DNA of 62,463 nucleotides, counting the filler, from Catajapyx aquilonaris (Eukaryota): assembly GCA_000934665.2 (NCBI GenBank). It is 4 parts of 4 records of this genome, joined end to end, with 100 filler letters (N's around TTAATTAATTAA, not from the genome) between each part and the next. Parts side by side here need not be neighbours in the genome. Positions count along the whole stretch, not along the records: positions 31,449 to 46,922 come from KZ539692.1; positions 47,023 to 62,463 come from JYFJ02007496.1; 2 more parts are not named here. One strand, written 5' to 3'. Below the pieces are notes generated by a model. The model did no database searches, was not told the DNA's origin, and saw nothing but the letters and a program-made list of their open reading frames with translations. Positions 37,347 through 49,915 of the stretch are shown piece after piece (position 1 is the first letter of the stretch; the number at the start of each line of letters is the position of its first letter). The position numbers were made by a program, and so were the translations under genes.

Positions 37347-38311
37347 GGGTCTTATTTTAAGGGCGATAGCCCTTAAGTAAGACCGTAGCATAGATTTCAA
37401 CAATGTTTCAACAATGAATTTTTCCTACTTGTTGTTCTTCTTCTTGTTACGTTTTTTTTATTCGCCATAACTCAAGTTCTGCAGTAGGTAGAGCTTCCAA
37501 ATTTTGAACACAGACCCCCACCGTCGTGACTTGATTTCCTACCATTTACACTTTTACTTAATTCCTCTTCAAAACGCCGCAAAAAAATTTAAACCACCAA
37601 GAAATACGTCTCAATTTTTTTGCTCAATAACTATTCGGAATTCGGTTCCTTCTTCAACGGGCCGAATGCGCAGTGGGATGGTGCGGATCTATGTTCAAAA
37701 TATCACAGTTCCACCTGCTGCAGGATTGGAGCTGTGATTTTTTTACCTCGTATTTTTTCTGTCATTACTTCATTTGTTCGTTACGCCATCACATAGAAAC
37801 GTCAGTTGTTGTTTACCACCTCATATATTGTTGTGGGTCAAAGGAGGACAAGATGAGCGACGCCGAGTCGTACTGTCGCCGTTGGGTTTTCACCCAACTT
37901 GAATGTACCTTTGTTTTTTTTGTATCGTTTGGTACAGTTCTCAATGTACATACTCCGTATATTTTAGCGTATAGGCTATTTCATAATAATTAAATCAGAC
38001 TAACCGTTGGCTGGTAGCACTCGACTTTCGTTTTTTTACGACTATCTCTGTGAAAATAATTTTAGGGACTTCTAAGCGGCGAAAATCGTCTCCAATGCAT
38101 TCATAGTGCAGACTGTATAGTGTAGACACTGTAGAGCATAAGTTATGTGTACTGTCAAAAAAGAACTGAAATTATATCAAAAACTTTCCCTTCAGTAAAA
38201 AAAAGAGAAGTAAGACCTCCGCGGCGGAATGAAAGTACTGAAACAAGGCAGGCGCACGTAAGACCTTCACCAATTGATTTAAGCTGTACCATAGGTCTTA
38301 CTCAAGCAATT
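37347..38311 (+). mobile_element. Non-autonomous Helentron/DINE-1-like (HINE) element
   Basis: 5' hairpin GGTCTTATTTTAAGGGC-GATA-GCCCTTAAGTAAGACC, a (TTC/TTG) microsatellite followed by CGCCATAACTCAAG...TTCCAAATTTTGAACACAG, and 3' GTAAGACC...GGTCTTAC subterminal repeats. Confidence 0.55.
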
Positions 38312-38933
38312 CTCAAGTACGGTAGGGAACAGCTCGTAAAATGACTGCTGCAAACTACTCAGAGCAGTAGGTAGGATTTTATTATAAAAAGAAAAAAATT
38401 GGGAAAAAACTAAACCCATCCTAACAGACTTGGTCCAATCGAAAAAGACCCTCTAAAATTCACCAATTAACGTTTATATGTGAAAAATTAAATGTTAGAG
38501 TTAAAATAAGCATCTAAAAGGGGTGCGCCGATTCTGCATGAATGTTTCATGGCAATAATTCGCACTAATCGCATAGAAATTCGATGTGCTTAATATTGAA
38601 GTTCCTAATTTCATAAAACACTAATATGGAGTGGCTCATGGAAAACTAATACTGCCAATAAGAGCTAACACACTGCTAACTTAGCAGTACCATTGCACTA
38701 CACTGGTACTGCTAAGTTAGAAGTAGGTTGGTAGTACGACAGAAATTCCAAAGATTTGTTTCAGAAAGGAGACTTCATGAGCAGTGAATTTGAAATTGCT
38801 TGAGTAAGACCTATGGTACAGCTTAAATCAATTGGTGAAGGTCTTACGTGCGCCTGCCTTGTTTCAGTACTTTCATTCCGCCGCGGAGGTCTTACTTCTC
38901 TTTTTTTACTGAAGGGAAAGTTTTTGATATAAT
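38171..38933. repeat. ~140-bp near-perfect inverted repeat (38171-38311 / 38794-38933)
   Basis: Direct reverse-complement match. It explains the identical KKREVRPPRRNESTETRQ peptide in ORFs 38147+ and 38761-. Confidence 0.92.
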
Positions 38934-39349
38934 GTCGAATATACTGTATTACTGCATATGTCATCTCCGCATGTGTTGGTAAATAAAGTATAAAATACTG
39001 CACACAAAAACCCTGAGATAATTATTGACAATCGATTTTCTTGTCAAAATAATGTTTTAAAGTACAGTCCCAACTTCTTGTTTGCCCACTGTAATGTGTC
39101 AGCCTGAGTTTTTTTTTTTTAAACAAACAATTTTCCAGTTTCAATGTAAGGGTGATCCGTTTGGGTAGGGATAATTTAAAATATGTATCATAATTATGAT
39201 AGGCCTACATATTTTTAAATGATCCCTACCCAACACATAAGCCATACCAAGTTGAAATTCTGCCAGTTTGGCGAGGTAAGATGGGAGATTCATGCACTGC
39301 TGTACTCTATAGTGTCAGTGCACCTGCATTGGCCATGAAATGTGACCAA

Positions 39350-39720
39350 AGAGGATGGGTGTTGCATAATCAGCTGTACGGACCTTTTTTCTTCTCTGAG
39401 GACACCATACGAGCAGGACCATACTTTGACATGCTAAGATCATCTTGGTTCCATAACTGGACAACAATTGCATTTTCGAACAAGACGGGGCCACACCCCA
39501 CTGGTCACTGGAAGTTCAATAACACTTTCAATGACAATATTATTGGTGTGGCCGTGTTGGCCCTATTTCTTGGCCTGCAAACTCCCCGGATCGTGTGGGG
39601 TTTGTGAAGAATATCGTCTACGGAAAATGACATCAAAGCCTGGATGACCCGAAGGTGAAAATTTCTGCAGCGTTCTCACAAATCACTTTGGAAATGTTAC
39701 AAAACACGTGGCAGGGCCGT
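39350..39720 (+). mobile_element. Tc1/mariner-superfamily transposase remnant
   Basis: Frameshifted GPFFFSEDTI...YFDML...FEQDGA.PHW...VWGFVKNIVY...KISAAFSQITLEMLQNTW. Confidence 0.8.
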
Positions 39721-40152
39721 TTCGCCACACACGACAGAAGCAACTTGATCACTTGGAAAACCAGCGACTATATCTGCCTTGCTATCTGCACCAAGATCTC
39801 TGAAAGGCCCCAGTGTAGAACCAAAATATGGGAAGAATTAGAGAAAAAATGCGGCTGACATTTTCCGTCGGTTCCCAGTATAGTGGGCATGTAAATATTG
39901 ATCCCATATGATAGCCTAACCATTTCCTACGATCGACGGGGGGTCCTTTCAAGCAGGGGTCATTTCTTAAAAGTGAAAACGTGTGCAGAAAGGGTCATAG
40001 GCATATCTACAGGCAGGACATGTTGAAATATTTTTTTCTGTTTGGATATGAAATTGTCGAAGTTTCGCTTATAAAATGCACACATCAGGCATGGCTGAAT
40101 TCGAATTCGTAGCAAAAAAAAAAAAGTGAAAAAGTGAATACGTGAATACTAA

Positions 40153-41043
40153 GGGAAGGTCACGGGGCGATAATGACGGATCTTGATGAGATTTATCATG
40201 CTAATGCAGGACAATATATGATACCCAAAAATGAAATATTTCGTGCGGAACCCCATATTTGCAAAAGTTATGACGTCTTAAAGTTCCAAAAATAATACAT
40301 TTTCATACTCCATGGGATTACATTAGCGACACATATAATGACACTGAAGTGTGGAATCAGTTTCTAGACCTTTTCTCATTCTTTCAGGGAGCATGTGAAT
40401 CGATATATCGTAACCTAGGCAACATATCGATTCCAGTATCGGCTTGGGCGATAACATCATGGCGGCCGATGACGCTCATTGCAAACATGTCCAACGTCAG
40501 GAATAAATTCCACAGCCCCTGTGCCAGAGAGTCAGGTAAAACCCGGAGTAAATCCCCGAAAAACACGGTCAGGAATACACGGAAACTAACTTCGAAATCC
40601 AACAATAACCCGCCCGTAAAGTAGACTTGTGCTGATAAAGTGAACCCGGAAGACCGGAAGTGGCGGGTCACCAGAAGTTGACCATGAAACTTATTTTGGT
40701 CACGCTCAATCCGAATATGAAAACAGTTTGTCGCTAGCTCTTACGGTTTAGGCCTTGATACCTGTCCACAGACGGACGGACGGACGGCCAGAGCCGTTCT
40801 GTATGACTTTTTTCCGATGAGAAAAGGTCTAGAAACTGATTCCACACTTCAATGTCATTATATGTGGTCGCTAATGTAATCCCATGGAGTATGAAAATGT
40901 ATTATTTTTGGAACTTTAAGACGTCATAACTTTTGCAAATATGGGGTTCCGCACGAAATATTTCATTTTTGGGTATCATATATTGTCTGCATTAGCATGA
41001 TCAATTTCATCAAGATCGGTCATTATCACCCCGTGACCTTCCC
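40153..41043. mobile_element. Foldback element with ~227-bp TIRs (Kolobok-like ends) and a DINE-like core
   Basis: 40153-40379 is the reverse complement of 40817-41043. Ends are GGGAAGGTCACGGG next to degenerate TTAA. The spacer has an ACAGACGGACGGACGGAC microsatellite. Confidence 0.75.
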
Positions 41044-44000
41044 TTGCCAGTATAACTAAAAATTTCAAAATAATTGACATTTGGCAGTGCAGGGCCTGGC
41101 AGTAATTAGTGGGGGAAATCCCACAGATGATCAAGGGTGCCTCGCTTCTCTTATCGAAGCCGAAGTGCCGAACGAAGGGCCCGGGGAATTTCCTTCTAGT
41201 CGTGTACGTAGGCTATATACAAAGTTCTTAAAAATAACCAAAGTAGGCCTTCATATGGGTTAGTTTAAAAAAAACTTATGACGCAAGAAATTTTCTCAAG
41301 TGGGCCAATGTCCGCTAGCTCAAAGCAGTTGACAACAGGAGAAAAAAATGTTAAGAAATTTATTTTTTCTTGTTGTGATNNNNNGGGGGGGGCCTTCGGC
41401 CTAGGGCCCTGGAGCAAGTGCACCAACCATGGTAAATCCGGCCTTTATAACATAACATGCCACATATGAAGGAGAGGTTTTCATTGTAGAAACAGATATG
41501 CCAATATTCTTATTTATTGCACAATTTCTTTTACATCACAGGACTGACGAGCAATGCCGCTGATTTTGATTAACAAAAATTGCATCTTTTCAAGTCAATT
41601 TATTGACAGTTGTTAACACAGGTGACTGCAAGTGCCTTTACATGAGCAATTCCCAATTACAATAAACAGCAAATGTGACTGATAAGCAGAAAGGTAGTGA
41701 AAGTCGAGCGCTCAACTTCCTCTTCCTTCCTTCCAATCGGAAACATTTGTTCAATGCCCCAACCCTTCCCTCCACAGAAGCAAGTTGTCTACGTATACTA
41801 CTTAACAGGCACTGCAGAATTGCTATTATTCTGGTATACATATCTAACGCATGGTGGAAATGGCGTCGTCGTAGGTCTATAGTAATTACTGGAGAACCAC
41901 CATCTGAAAATGCAAAGGTGTATGAGTGACCATGCATAAATTGTTAACTATTTACCTCTTATGAAGCCACGCTCACTGCTTTGTGCCCACCTGCTGCATT
42001 TTTGAGAATTGTAGCCCGATACGATCAAACCATTCAAACGGGATATTGAGCTTTCAGTTGCTGCACCACCGACCTCATTACAGATGAATTCCATCATTTA
42101 CTGCAGTTTCTGAAAGTGAAAAGACATTTAGTATAGAAATAATCATACACGAGATTATCACTTACCATTCTATAGTATCTTGCCGAGAGGATTGTCCTGT
42201 TGGAGGTCAGTTTTATGGACTCCCATATAGTCAAGTCCGGCACATTTTTTTTAGCTCATATCCGGAATTTCTGCACTGAAGAGATCCTGAAAAAAAAAAG
42301 AAAGAAATCACACAAGTCGGCAAAATGAGTTCCAAATGAAAGGATACGTTACGTATATACGATACGTCCAGCTGTAGTAGGACCAGCTTCATCTGAAAAA
42401 TTCAACTAGCCATATTAGCACATTTTCAAATGCCGGCAAGTCAAAATAAATTTCTGCAACTATTGTTACAGGCTTTTTTGGTCACATTTCCGTGTTGCAG
42501 TTTGGCTAATCGAGGCGAATATGGCCTAACCTAACACGTACGCGAATATTCGTCTCGTTCAACCATAACTTCAACCGCAATGTGAAGAAAAAAAAAAACC
42601 CCTTTTGGCCGTTCAATAATTGCAATAGAATTCACCGACACATCAGGCCGTGAATCCCATTTCCAATTAGGCTGGCGGACAGTTAAATACTAGAAATCTC
42701 ACAAAAGGTCTCCTCGTACTGGATTTGCAACAATGGGACGTCAGGCACAGATGTTTGGGACAACCAGTATTCTGGAAAGACAGGAAACCAAATTAGAAAA
42801 ATGCGTTTTTAAACAAGTGGACCCCCCACCCATCCAACCCCCCACCCCTAGTCGGCCTTACATGACATTACTTTCGGCATTTGATGACAAATGCCATTCC
42901 CAACAATGGCCAGACTGCTCAAATCACGCGTCCCTCCCCCCTGAATTTATTAGAAAGGCTCCACTCATAGCATCTCACCCTGGAAAGGCTTCTGATCTGA
43001 TCAGAGGAGACCAAAACAGCTCCTCTGACCTTTTGACCCCAAGTGCTTTCCAGAGGGAAGTGTTGCGTTTCCTCAGCCGCCTCTTCAGCCGCAGTCTGAT
43101 TGACCTTGACCTGAATTGACCTGCCTTGAACACTAAACCCATCCAAAAATGACGGCAGCCAGACGACCTCCACGCTATACACTTCCTCCCCACATCACGT
43201 ACACTCAGCCAAACATGCCACCGCATGCCACGGACAATATTGTTCGTAGCCTACCTATCAACCAATAATTGTCCGCAATATTTGGCCGATTGGTGTACGA
43301 TAACCAGAAGAAATGTGTAGTTAATATTGGCACACATCACGTCAGCAAGAGACACGTTTGGAGCATCGGTCCAACCCACCGATGCCATATTACCAAACCT
43401 CTCACATGACGAGTGAGTGGGAGCCTGGAAGTGTCTTGTGTTGGACCATTGGGTCCGAGTGGGGCCTTTCTCTGCTAGTCTCCCACTACCTTACACTCCA
43501 GCGGTGGTTGACATCAAATGGGAGTCCGATGGGGCGGGCAGGCAGATGATAAGTCTCCTTTAGGATGGCACTCTGTATAGGGAGGAAAAAGTAGATGAAA
43601 ATGATGGGACATCGTGATACACCCTGTATATACACACTCACCACTGACTTGATGGGCGGAAAGCATCTCTGCCGCTGGTTCGTCCGATCACCCCGACTAT
43701 AATCTGGCGAATAAAGAGAAGTCACGCTGACCAGCCCATTTTTATGCCTTCAGCAGGAAGATAAGCCCAAGCAAGGCTCGAGTCACGTGACACGCAGAGG
43801 CTGATGGGAACGGTTTTTTTTTTTTCTTCTTCTGAAGGAAGGATTACCTGGGGGTTCGATCGTGACACATTTGATACTCTAAGAAGGATAGATGCTAAAT
43901 ATTTCATCCCAATTTGATTAGTACATTTTTCAAAGGACGCAAATACAGCCTAATAAAAATCGATCTTGAACCAACTTGTTGCCGCATAGTTTCTTCGCAA

Positions 44001-44464
44001 TTTAAAACAATTTGCTTAGAAGGAAATTTGCCGATCCAAATCCTCAGTTCAAAAGGGATGACGATGGGAGAAAAATAAGCTGAAAAAAATGGCAAAGTTG
44101 TCCCAGTGGAGGCAGAAATATTTCTAACTCTACCTAAATAAATCTAATTATGTATGCGTTGTCTATGCCAACCAATATGCCAGTGGTGAGGTGACGTGAA
44201 TCGCAAAAATTCCATCTACGCGGATGTGAGCTAAATTCTGAAACACACGTTCGAGTACCGCGTGACCCGAATAAAAAAGGTGCCAGACAAAAATGGACAT
44301 TTGAATTTATTCATCATCACCGAACAAGACATAATATGTTACTGGTCACACATAATCGTCCTGTCCTCATTTGCATCATTACCACAAAAACTGTCACATC
44401 AGCCGCGTCCACGTGCGGTCCATTCCAATTTAGTGTAGGTACAGGTTGACTGCCGGGTCAGAGG

Positions 44465-44790
44465 TCACCCGAGCACGATCACCTCCGGGTCAGGGGGCAG
44501 CACGACCGGCTTGTATGCAGGTGGTTTGGGCTTGATGCTCATGGACTTCATGTAGCTGAGGAACTGGTCAGGTATCTCCTGTAGCACCTCTTATTAGGCC
44601 AGCCCACGCCTGACCGCTTGACCTTCGTAGTTCTGCTCGAAGTTTCGGAAGGGAGCGAACTGAACTGTCTCGGGCCACTTTCTTTCCCCTGTACGAAATG
44701 GGCACGTCCAGCACTCCAGCTCTATCTTCCATGGCCGTAAAATCCGTGCTGCCGACTCCGATTATGATGATGGACAGTGGAAGCACCGAT
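44465..44790 (-). pseudogene. Copine C-terminal (VWA domain) pseudogenic fragment
   Basis: LPLSIIIIGVGSTDFTAME...ISYRGKKVARD(fs)VQFAPFRNF...EVLQEIPDQFLSYMKSMSIKP, with a frameshift and stops. Confidence 0.85.
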
Positions 44791-45825
44791 CGTCGTTAGC
44801 CAATGTACATAATTTTTTAGAGAACACATCACAGCGCATCACAGCAAATTGTATTTTATAAAGTGTGAATCTTGGTGTGAATGTTGTTATCCAGCAATAA
44901 AATATATTACCCGGAACTAAAATCAGGCTTTCCAACTGGGGCACCTGCAGCTAGGAATGTTTACGTTATAATCCGTTACTCTTATGGCACCGAGCTGGAA
45001 GGCTATGAAGCTGCGATAACGGCGTCTCAAGTCCCTTATGACTCAACTAATGGTCACAGGAGATCGATTTTTTTTTACACATACAGATGAGAATACATGC
45101 CGAATTTAACGGGGAAGAATGGCTTTAGTGCTAATAAGTCAAATTAAAAAAATTGAAAACCGCGTCGGGGTACTTAAACTCTTAAAGACCCCACGTCGTA
45201 GCCAATGTATGGCAGATTCACATTGGTGGTTAAGAACAGTGTTAAACGCTCGCTAGGTTCGCCGGTCTTGAGGTTCAAAAAAGTACCCAGGTTTCAAGTG
45301 ACCCATTTTTCCTGACCCTAAACACCCACGGCACGTTCATGATGTGGCATGAATAATCGCAGACCTCTGTGGAAATAAAAGTGACCCACGCATACTGTAT
45401 AGCTTACAGACAATGCGTACAGTAGGGCCTACGTACTGTACTCTTCTACACGTGCCTGATCAGCTTTTGCTTTTTCGCACCTTCTGCTTGGCAGCACGTA
45501 TGTGACAAGGAAGCTTTTCATGGCCGGAGCGCTACGACGGGTAAACAAGCCACATGACGCCTCATGAGTCAACCAATCGTCACAGATATTTTTTGTGTGT
45601 ATGTGACACTTCAGGAATGTAGATGTCAATTTACCAAATGACGATTATAGATTGGGGAATTGCAGCTTTGAAAAGGTAGTTGTTGTACTACATCACGTCC
45701 GAGGGCACTCCGGGGGCTTCGAGGACACGGTAACCAACCTGGGAGGTATTACTCAAGGAATTGTGCACCCGGTATCAACCCGGTATCATGTGGAGACCTA
45801 TAGACAAGCTCCCACTCATAACTAG

Positions 45826-46157
45826 GGGGCCGTCCATAATCCGCGCGGACAAGTGAAGGGGGGGAGGGGGGTTGCACTTTGTCCGCTCTTGTCCGTACAG
45901 GGGGGTGGGGGTAGAAGGCAGTTGTACGCGCGGACAATAAACGTCAAANNNNNNNNNNNNNNNNNNNNNNNNNNNNNNNNNNNNNNNNNNNNNNNNNNNN
46001 NNNNNNNNNNNNNNNNNNNNNNNNNNNNNNNNNNNNNCATGTCCGCGCAATTTTTAGGGGGGGAGGTAAGAAATTGTCCACTTCTGTCCGCAAAGGGGAG
46101 GGGGGGGGGGAGGTAAAAAAGTGAAAAAATCTGTCCGCGCGGATTATGGACGGCCCC
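45826..46157. mobile_element. MITE with 3-bp TAG target-site duplication (PIF/Harbinger-like)
   Basis: TIR GGGGCCGTCCATAATCCGCGCGGACA at both ends, TAG on both flanks, internal N gap. Confidence 0.8.
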
Positions 46158-46690
46158 TAGGTAATCTCTGCGTAGTTTGGATCAATTCTGTATGTTACAA
46201 CACATACCACAGCATTTTAAAATATTATCCCTCCCCAAATTGATCACCCTGTATTATATCGATCCGCATTGTAATGTAGGCCTACAGCAGGCACTAATGC
46301 GACACAAACTGTACTTGGACCCAATTTTTCAACCGACCCAATAATGTGATCCTGTTGACCTGAAAATGTTGAAACATACATAGGAAAACTCGTGACATAT
46401 TGGGCACATGATGATACCAATAAATTAGTACGAAATTATTTTTATTCGCGAAAGCTTTTAAGATCAACAATATCATTAACAAAAAATTAGCTGCCTTCTT
46501 GGCATAAAATTCATCAGTAAAATCAGGAAGGTCACATGCAATCTGCAATTTTATGCTGGCAAAAGACAAATTGCGCTAGCTGCCCTTTAGAATAACTGGT
46601 CTAATGCCTGTGATAAGCACATCACGTGATGCACACTATAAAAGTTAGGTGTTTGGGGGCCCCCATTCATTATTAGGTCAGTCAGCTGAG

Positions 46691-46922
46691 ATGTGGTATC
46701 TGAGTTGTATCATCTTCCTCTTCGGGGCTGTCCAAAGCAGCGAGTGGCCCTGGGAATCGACCGAATCTCCGACCAGTTTTATCGTAAGTTTCTTTTTTTT
46801 TTTACGTGGATCTTGTGGGCATATAACCACTTCATTTGTTTTCAGAATCGCAACGCAACCCGAGAATGCGGCGTCATACCGAAGTTCAACCGTGAGAAAT
46901 GTGATTCGGCCGAAGCAACCCA
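46691..46922 (+). CDS. 5' end of a secreted-protein gene (possibly trypsin-like protease or homolog), cut by gap
   Basis: CTATAAAAG at ~46636 and a TCAGT Inr-like site at ~46678. Signal peptide MWYLSCIIFLFGAVQS, intron GTAAGT...TTTCAG (46784-46845), exon 2 NRNATRECGVIPKFNREKCDSAEAT. The family guess rests only on CG...EAT spacing. Confidence 0.65.
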
Positions 46923-47022
46923 NNNNNNNNNNNNNNNNNNNNNNNNNNNNNNNNNNNNNNNNNNNNTTAATTAATTAANNNNNNNNNNNNNNNNNNNNNN
47001 NNNNNNNNNNNNNNNNNNNNNN

Positions 47023-47285
47023 GCGCCATCTTTGGTCCGTCCCACAGGTTTATCCCGCCACCTCTTGACCCGACCCGACTTTCAGCACTGTATCACTTTC
47101 GCCTAGTGCCCGGTGGCGGACTGGGCTGGCGGGGCAGCTCATTAGCAGACGACGCAAATTCTGAGTCTTTAACGCCTCGTCCTGGCTTTTCTGTTCCGCG
47201 TAGAAAAAAACCGATTGCACCTTCGGAATCAGGATTTTTTGCCCGATTTTTAGAGTCCAACTTGCATTTTGAGTGGAGTGTCCCT
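47023..47285 (-). mobile_element. Kolobok-like transposon end
   Basis: Minus strand TTAA-AGGGACACTCCACTCAAAA resembles Kolobok termini. The other end is lost in the gap. Confidence 0.5.
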
Positions 47286-47466
47286 TTAAGACAAATTGTT
47301 TTTCCTGACTTGGACCTCTCGCCCTGGGATTACCTTTCAGTTTTCCGTAGATTGCACTGCCAGAATATTTTTAAAATTTGACACATTTTTTTGACACACA
47401 CTGGAAAATGATATGCAGTGTACATTTAAACACATCACATCTGATCTGATGGATTCAATTGCTCAC

Positions 47467-49859
47467 CTGCGCAGTTCTCTTCTTACAACAGATGCAAAAA
47501 GATCCATGCCCAGCTTATGACGGATTCTTTCTTTGGTTTGCTCAAATCTGATTTGACATTCAGACTTGTGAATTGGTGATCTTGATGTGAAATCCAAATC
47601 ACACTGTGGGCTTGCAGGACTGCAGTCTAAAGATGATTTGGTCTCACATGCCACATTCCTTGTTACTGGCTTACTATGTACAACGGATGTTGACGAGGCC
47701 TTACTTTCCTTGGCATGAGGAGATGATTCATGAAAAGGAAACCTGGAGAAGGAAAGCAAGCACATGATATTGGTAAAATCTAGACAACTGCAACCACAAC
47801 CTTGGGTTGACAGACCTGGTCTCTGCAATCCTTTGCTTATTCTCTTTGATGTTGATGTTGGAAACTGGAGCAGTGGGTTGATATATTGCTTCAGATACTT
47901 CTCCAATACGGTGTTGAAAAACACTGCCTAAGTTCTGAACATTAGCTGACTCTGGTGGACAGCACTGAGAGCACACACAACTGAATCCATTCTCATGCAT
48001 CACATATCTGGGTGTTGGTTCCATAAGCTCCTGAACTCCAGCCCTAGCCATGTTGGCTGCAGATGGAAACTGGTCCAATCTTATTTGAGATTCAGGTTCC
48101 TGATTTGGTATTCTTGATGTGAAATCCAATCCACACTGGGGACTCGCAGGACTGCAGTCTAAAGGTGATTTGGTCCCACATGCCACATTCCTTGTTACTG
48201 GTTTACTATGTACTACGGATGCAATTGACGAGGCCTTACTTTCCTTGGCATGAGGAGATGATTCATGAAAAGGAAACCTGGAGAAGGAAAGCAAGCATAT
48301 GATATCGATAAAATCTAGACAACTGCAACCACAACCTTGGGTTGACAGACCTGGTCTCTGCAATCCTTTGCTTATTCTCTTTGATGTTGATTTTGGAAAC
48401 TGGAGCAGTGGGTTGATATATTGCTTCAGATGCTTCTCCAATACGGTGTTGAAAAACACTGCCTAAGTTCTGAACATTAGCTGACTCTGGTGGACAGCAC
48501 TGAGAGCACACACAACTGAATCCATTCTCATGCATCACATATCTGGGTGTTGGTTCCATAAGCCCCTGAACTCCACCCCTAGCCATGTTGGCTGCAGATG
48601 GAAACTGGTCCAATCTTATTTGAGATTCAGGTTCCTGATTTGGTATTCTTGATGTGAAATCCAATCCACACTGGGGACTCGCAGGACTGCAGTCTAAAGG
48701 TGATTTGGTCCCACATGCCACATTCCTTGTTACTGGTTTACTATGTACTACGGATGCAATTGACGAGGCCTTACTTTCCTTGGCATGAGGAGATGATTCA
48801 TGAAAAGGAAACCTGGAGAAGGAAAGCAAGCACATGATATCAGTAAAATCTAGACAACTGCAACCACAACCCTGGGTTGACAGACCTGGTCTCTGCAATC
48901 CGTTGCTTATTCTCTTTGATGTTGATGTTGGAAACTGGAGCAGTGGGTTGATATATTGCTGCAGATGCTTCTCCAATACGGGGTTGAAAAACACTGCCTA
49001 AGTTCCGAACATTAGCTGACTCTGGTGGACAGCACTGAGAGCACACACAACTGAATCCATTCTCATGCATCACATATCTGGGTGTTGGTTCCGTAAGCTC
49101 CTGAACTCCAGCCCTAGCCATGTTGGCTGCAGATGGCAGATGTCTCGGTTCTTCTCTTTTGGAATGATCACTAAAAGACATGTTCTCAGTTTCAAATCAA
49201 AAGCACAAATGAGCCACGTTTATTTACCACTCCTGGTGTCGCTCCCAAGGTCCCAGTGCTGACATGGCATTGCAAATTGAAGATGAAGCATCCAGCAAGG
49301 TGCTAGCGGCCTTCTGTGCAGTCTTAATAGCAACATTTGACACCAAAGTGTATCCATCTGGAACTGGAATGCTGCCGTATGTATGTGGCATTGACTTCAA
49401 CACATCCTTTGAACTGAAACAAGACATTTGTGGTGCAAAGTCATGAGATTTACTGAGGAAAAAAAGGTGGTGTTCTTAAAAACCATGCAGCTAGCTCAAG
49501 TGGAAGTACTGATGCAAAAGAGGAAATACTGCACCTCTGACGATTTGCCTGATGCATGGCCTTGTGCAGTTTGGGTTCGGCCTGCAATGTTGCTTGAGGG
49601 ACTGGCTCTCCAGCTTCAAAATTTAGCGGAACCTCTTCCTGCATGTCGTCCATGCTGCAATATTTTCAATGTTACAATTTGTAATTTTAACTTACAACAA
49701 GAAACATACCTCTCTGCCAAAGAATTTCTAGGAGTGCGTAGAACTTGTGCTGACACCTTTTGCTGGTTCATCTCACGGCAAGAAGCCTGGAATTTGAGAA
49801 TCACAGTTAATTCAATTAAGTAAATCAGCACAGGTTGTTTTGTGTACCAGGGAGATGTT

Positions 49860-49915
<56 letters not shown>

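Noticed and set aside
41640..43120. Exon-like minus-strand pieces and an SAFQREVLRFLSRL peptide
   Set aside because: Splice-like signals exist, but frames contain stops and cannot be assembled. Probably decayed transposon accessory genes, and too weak to call.
47728..48994. Two 243-aa overlapping ORFs as standalone repeated genes or programmed frameshifting
   Set aside because: They are explained by reading through the 58-nt intron of the 535-bp unit. Splicing gives one continuous frame.
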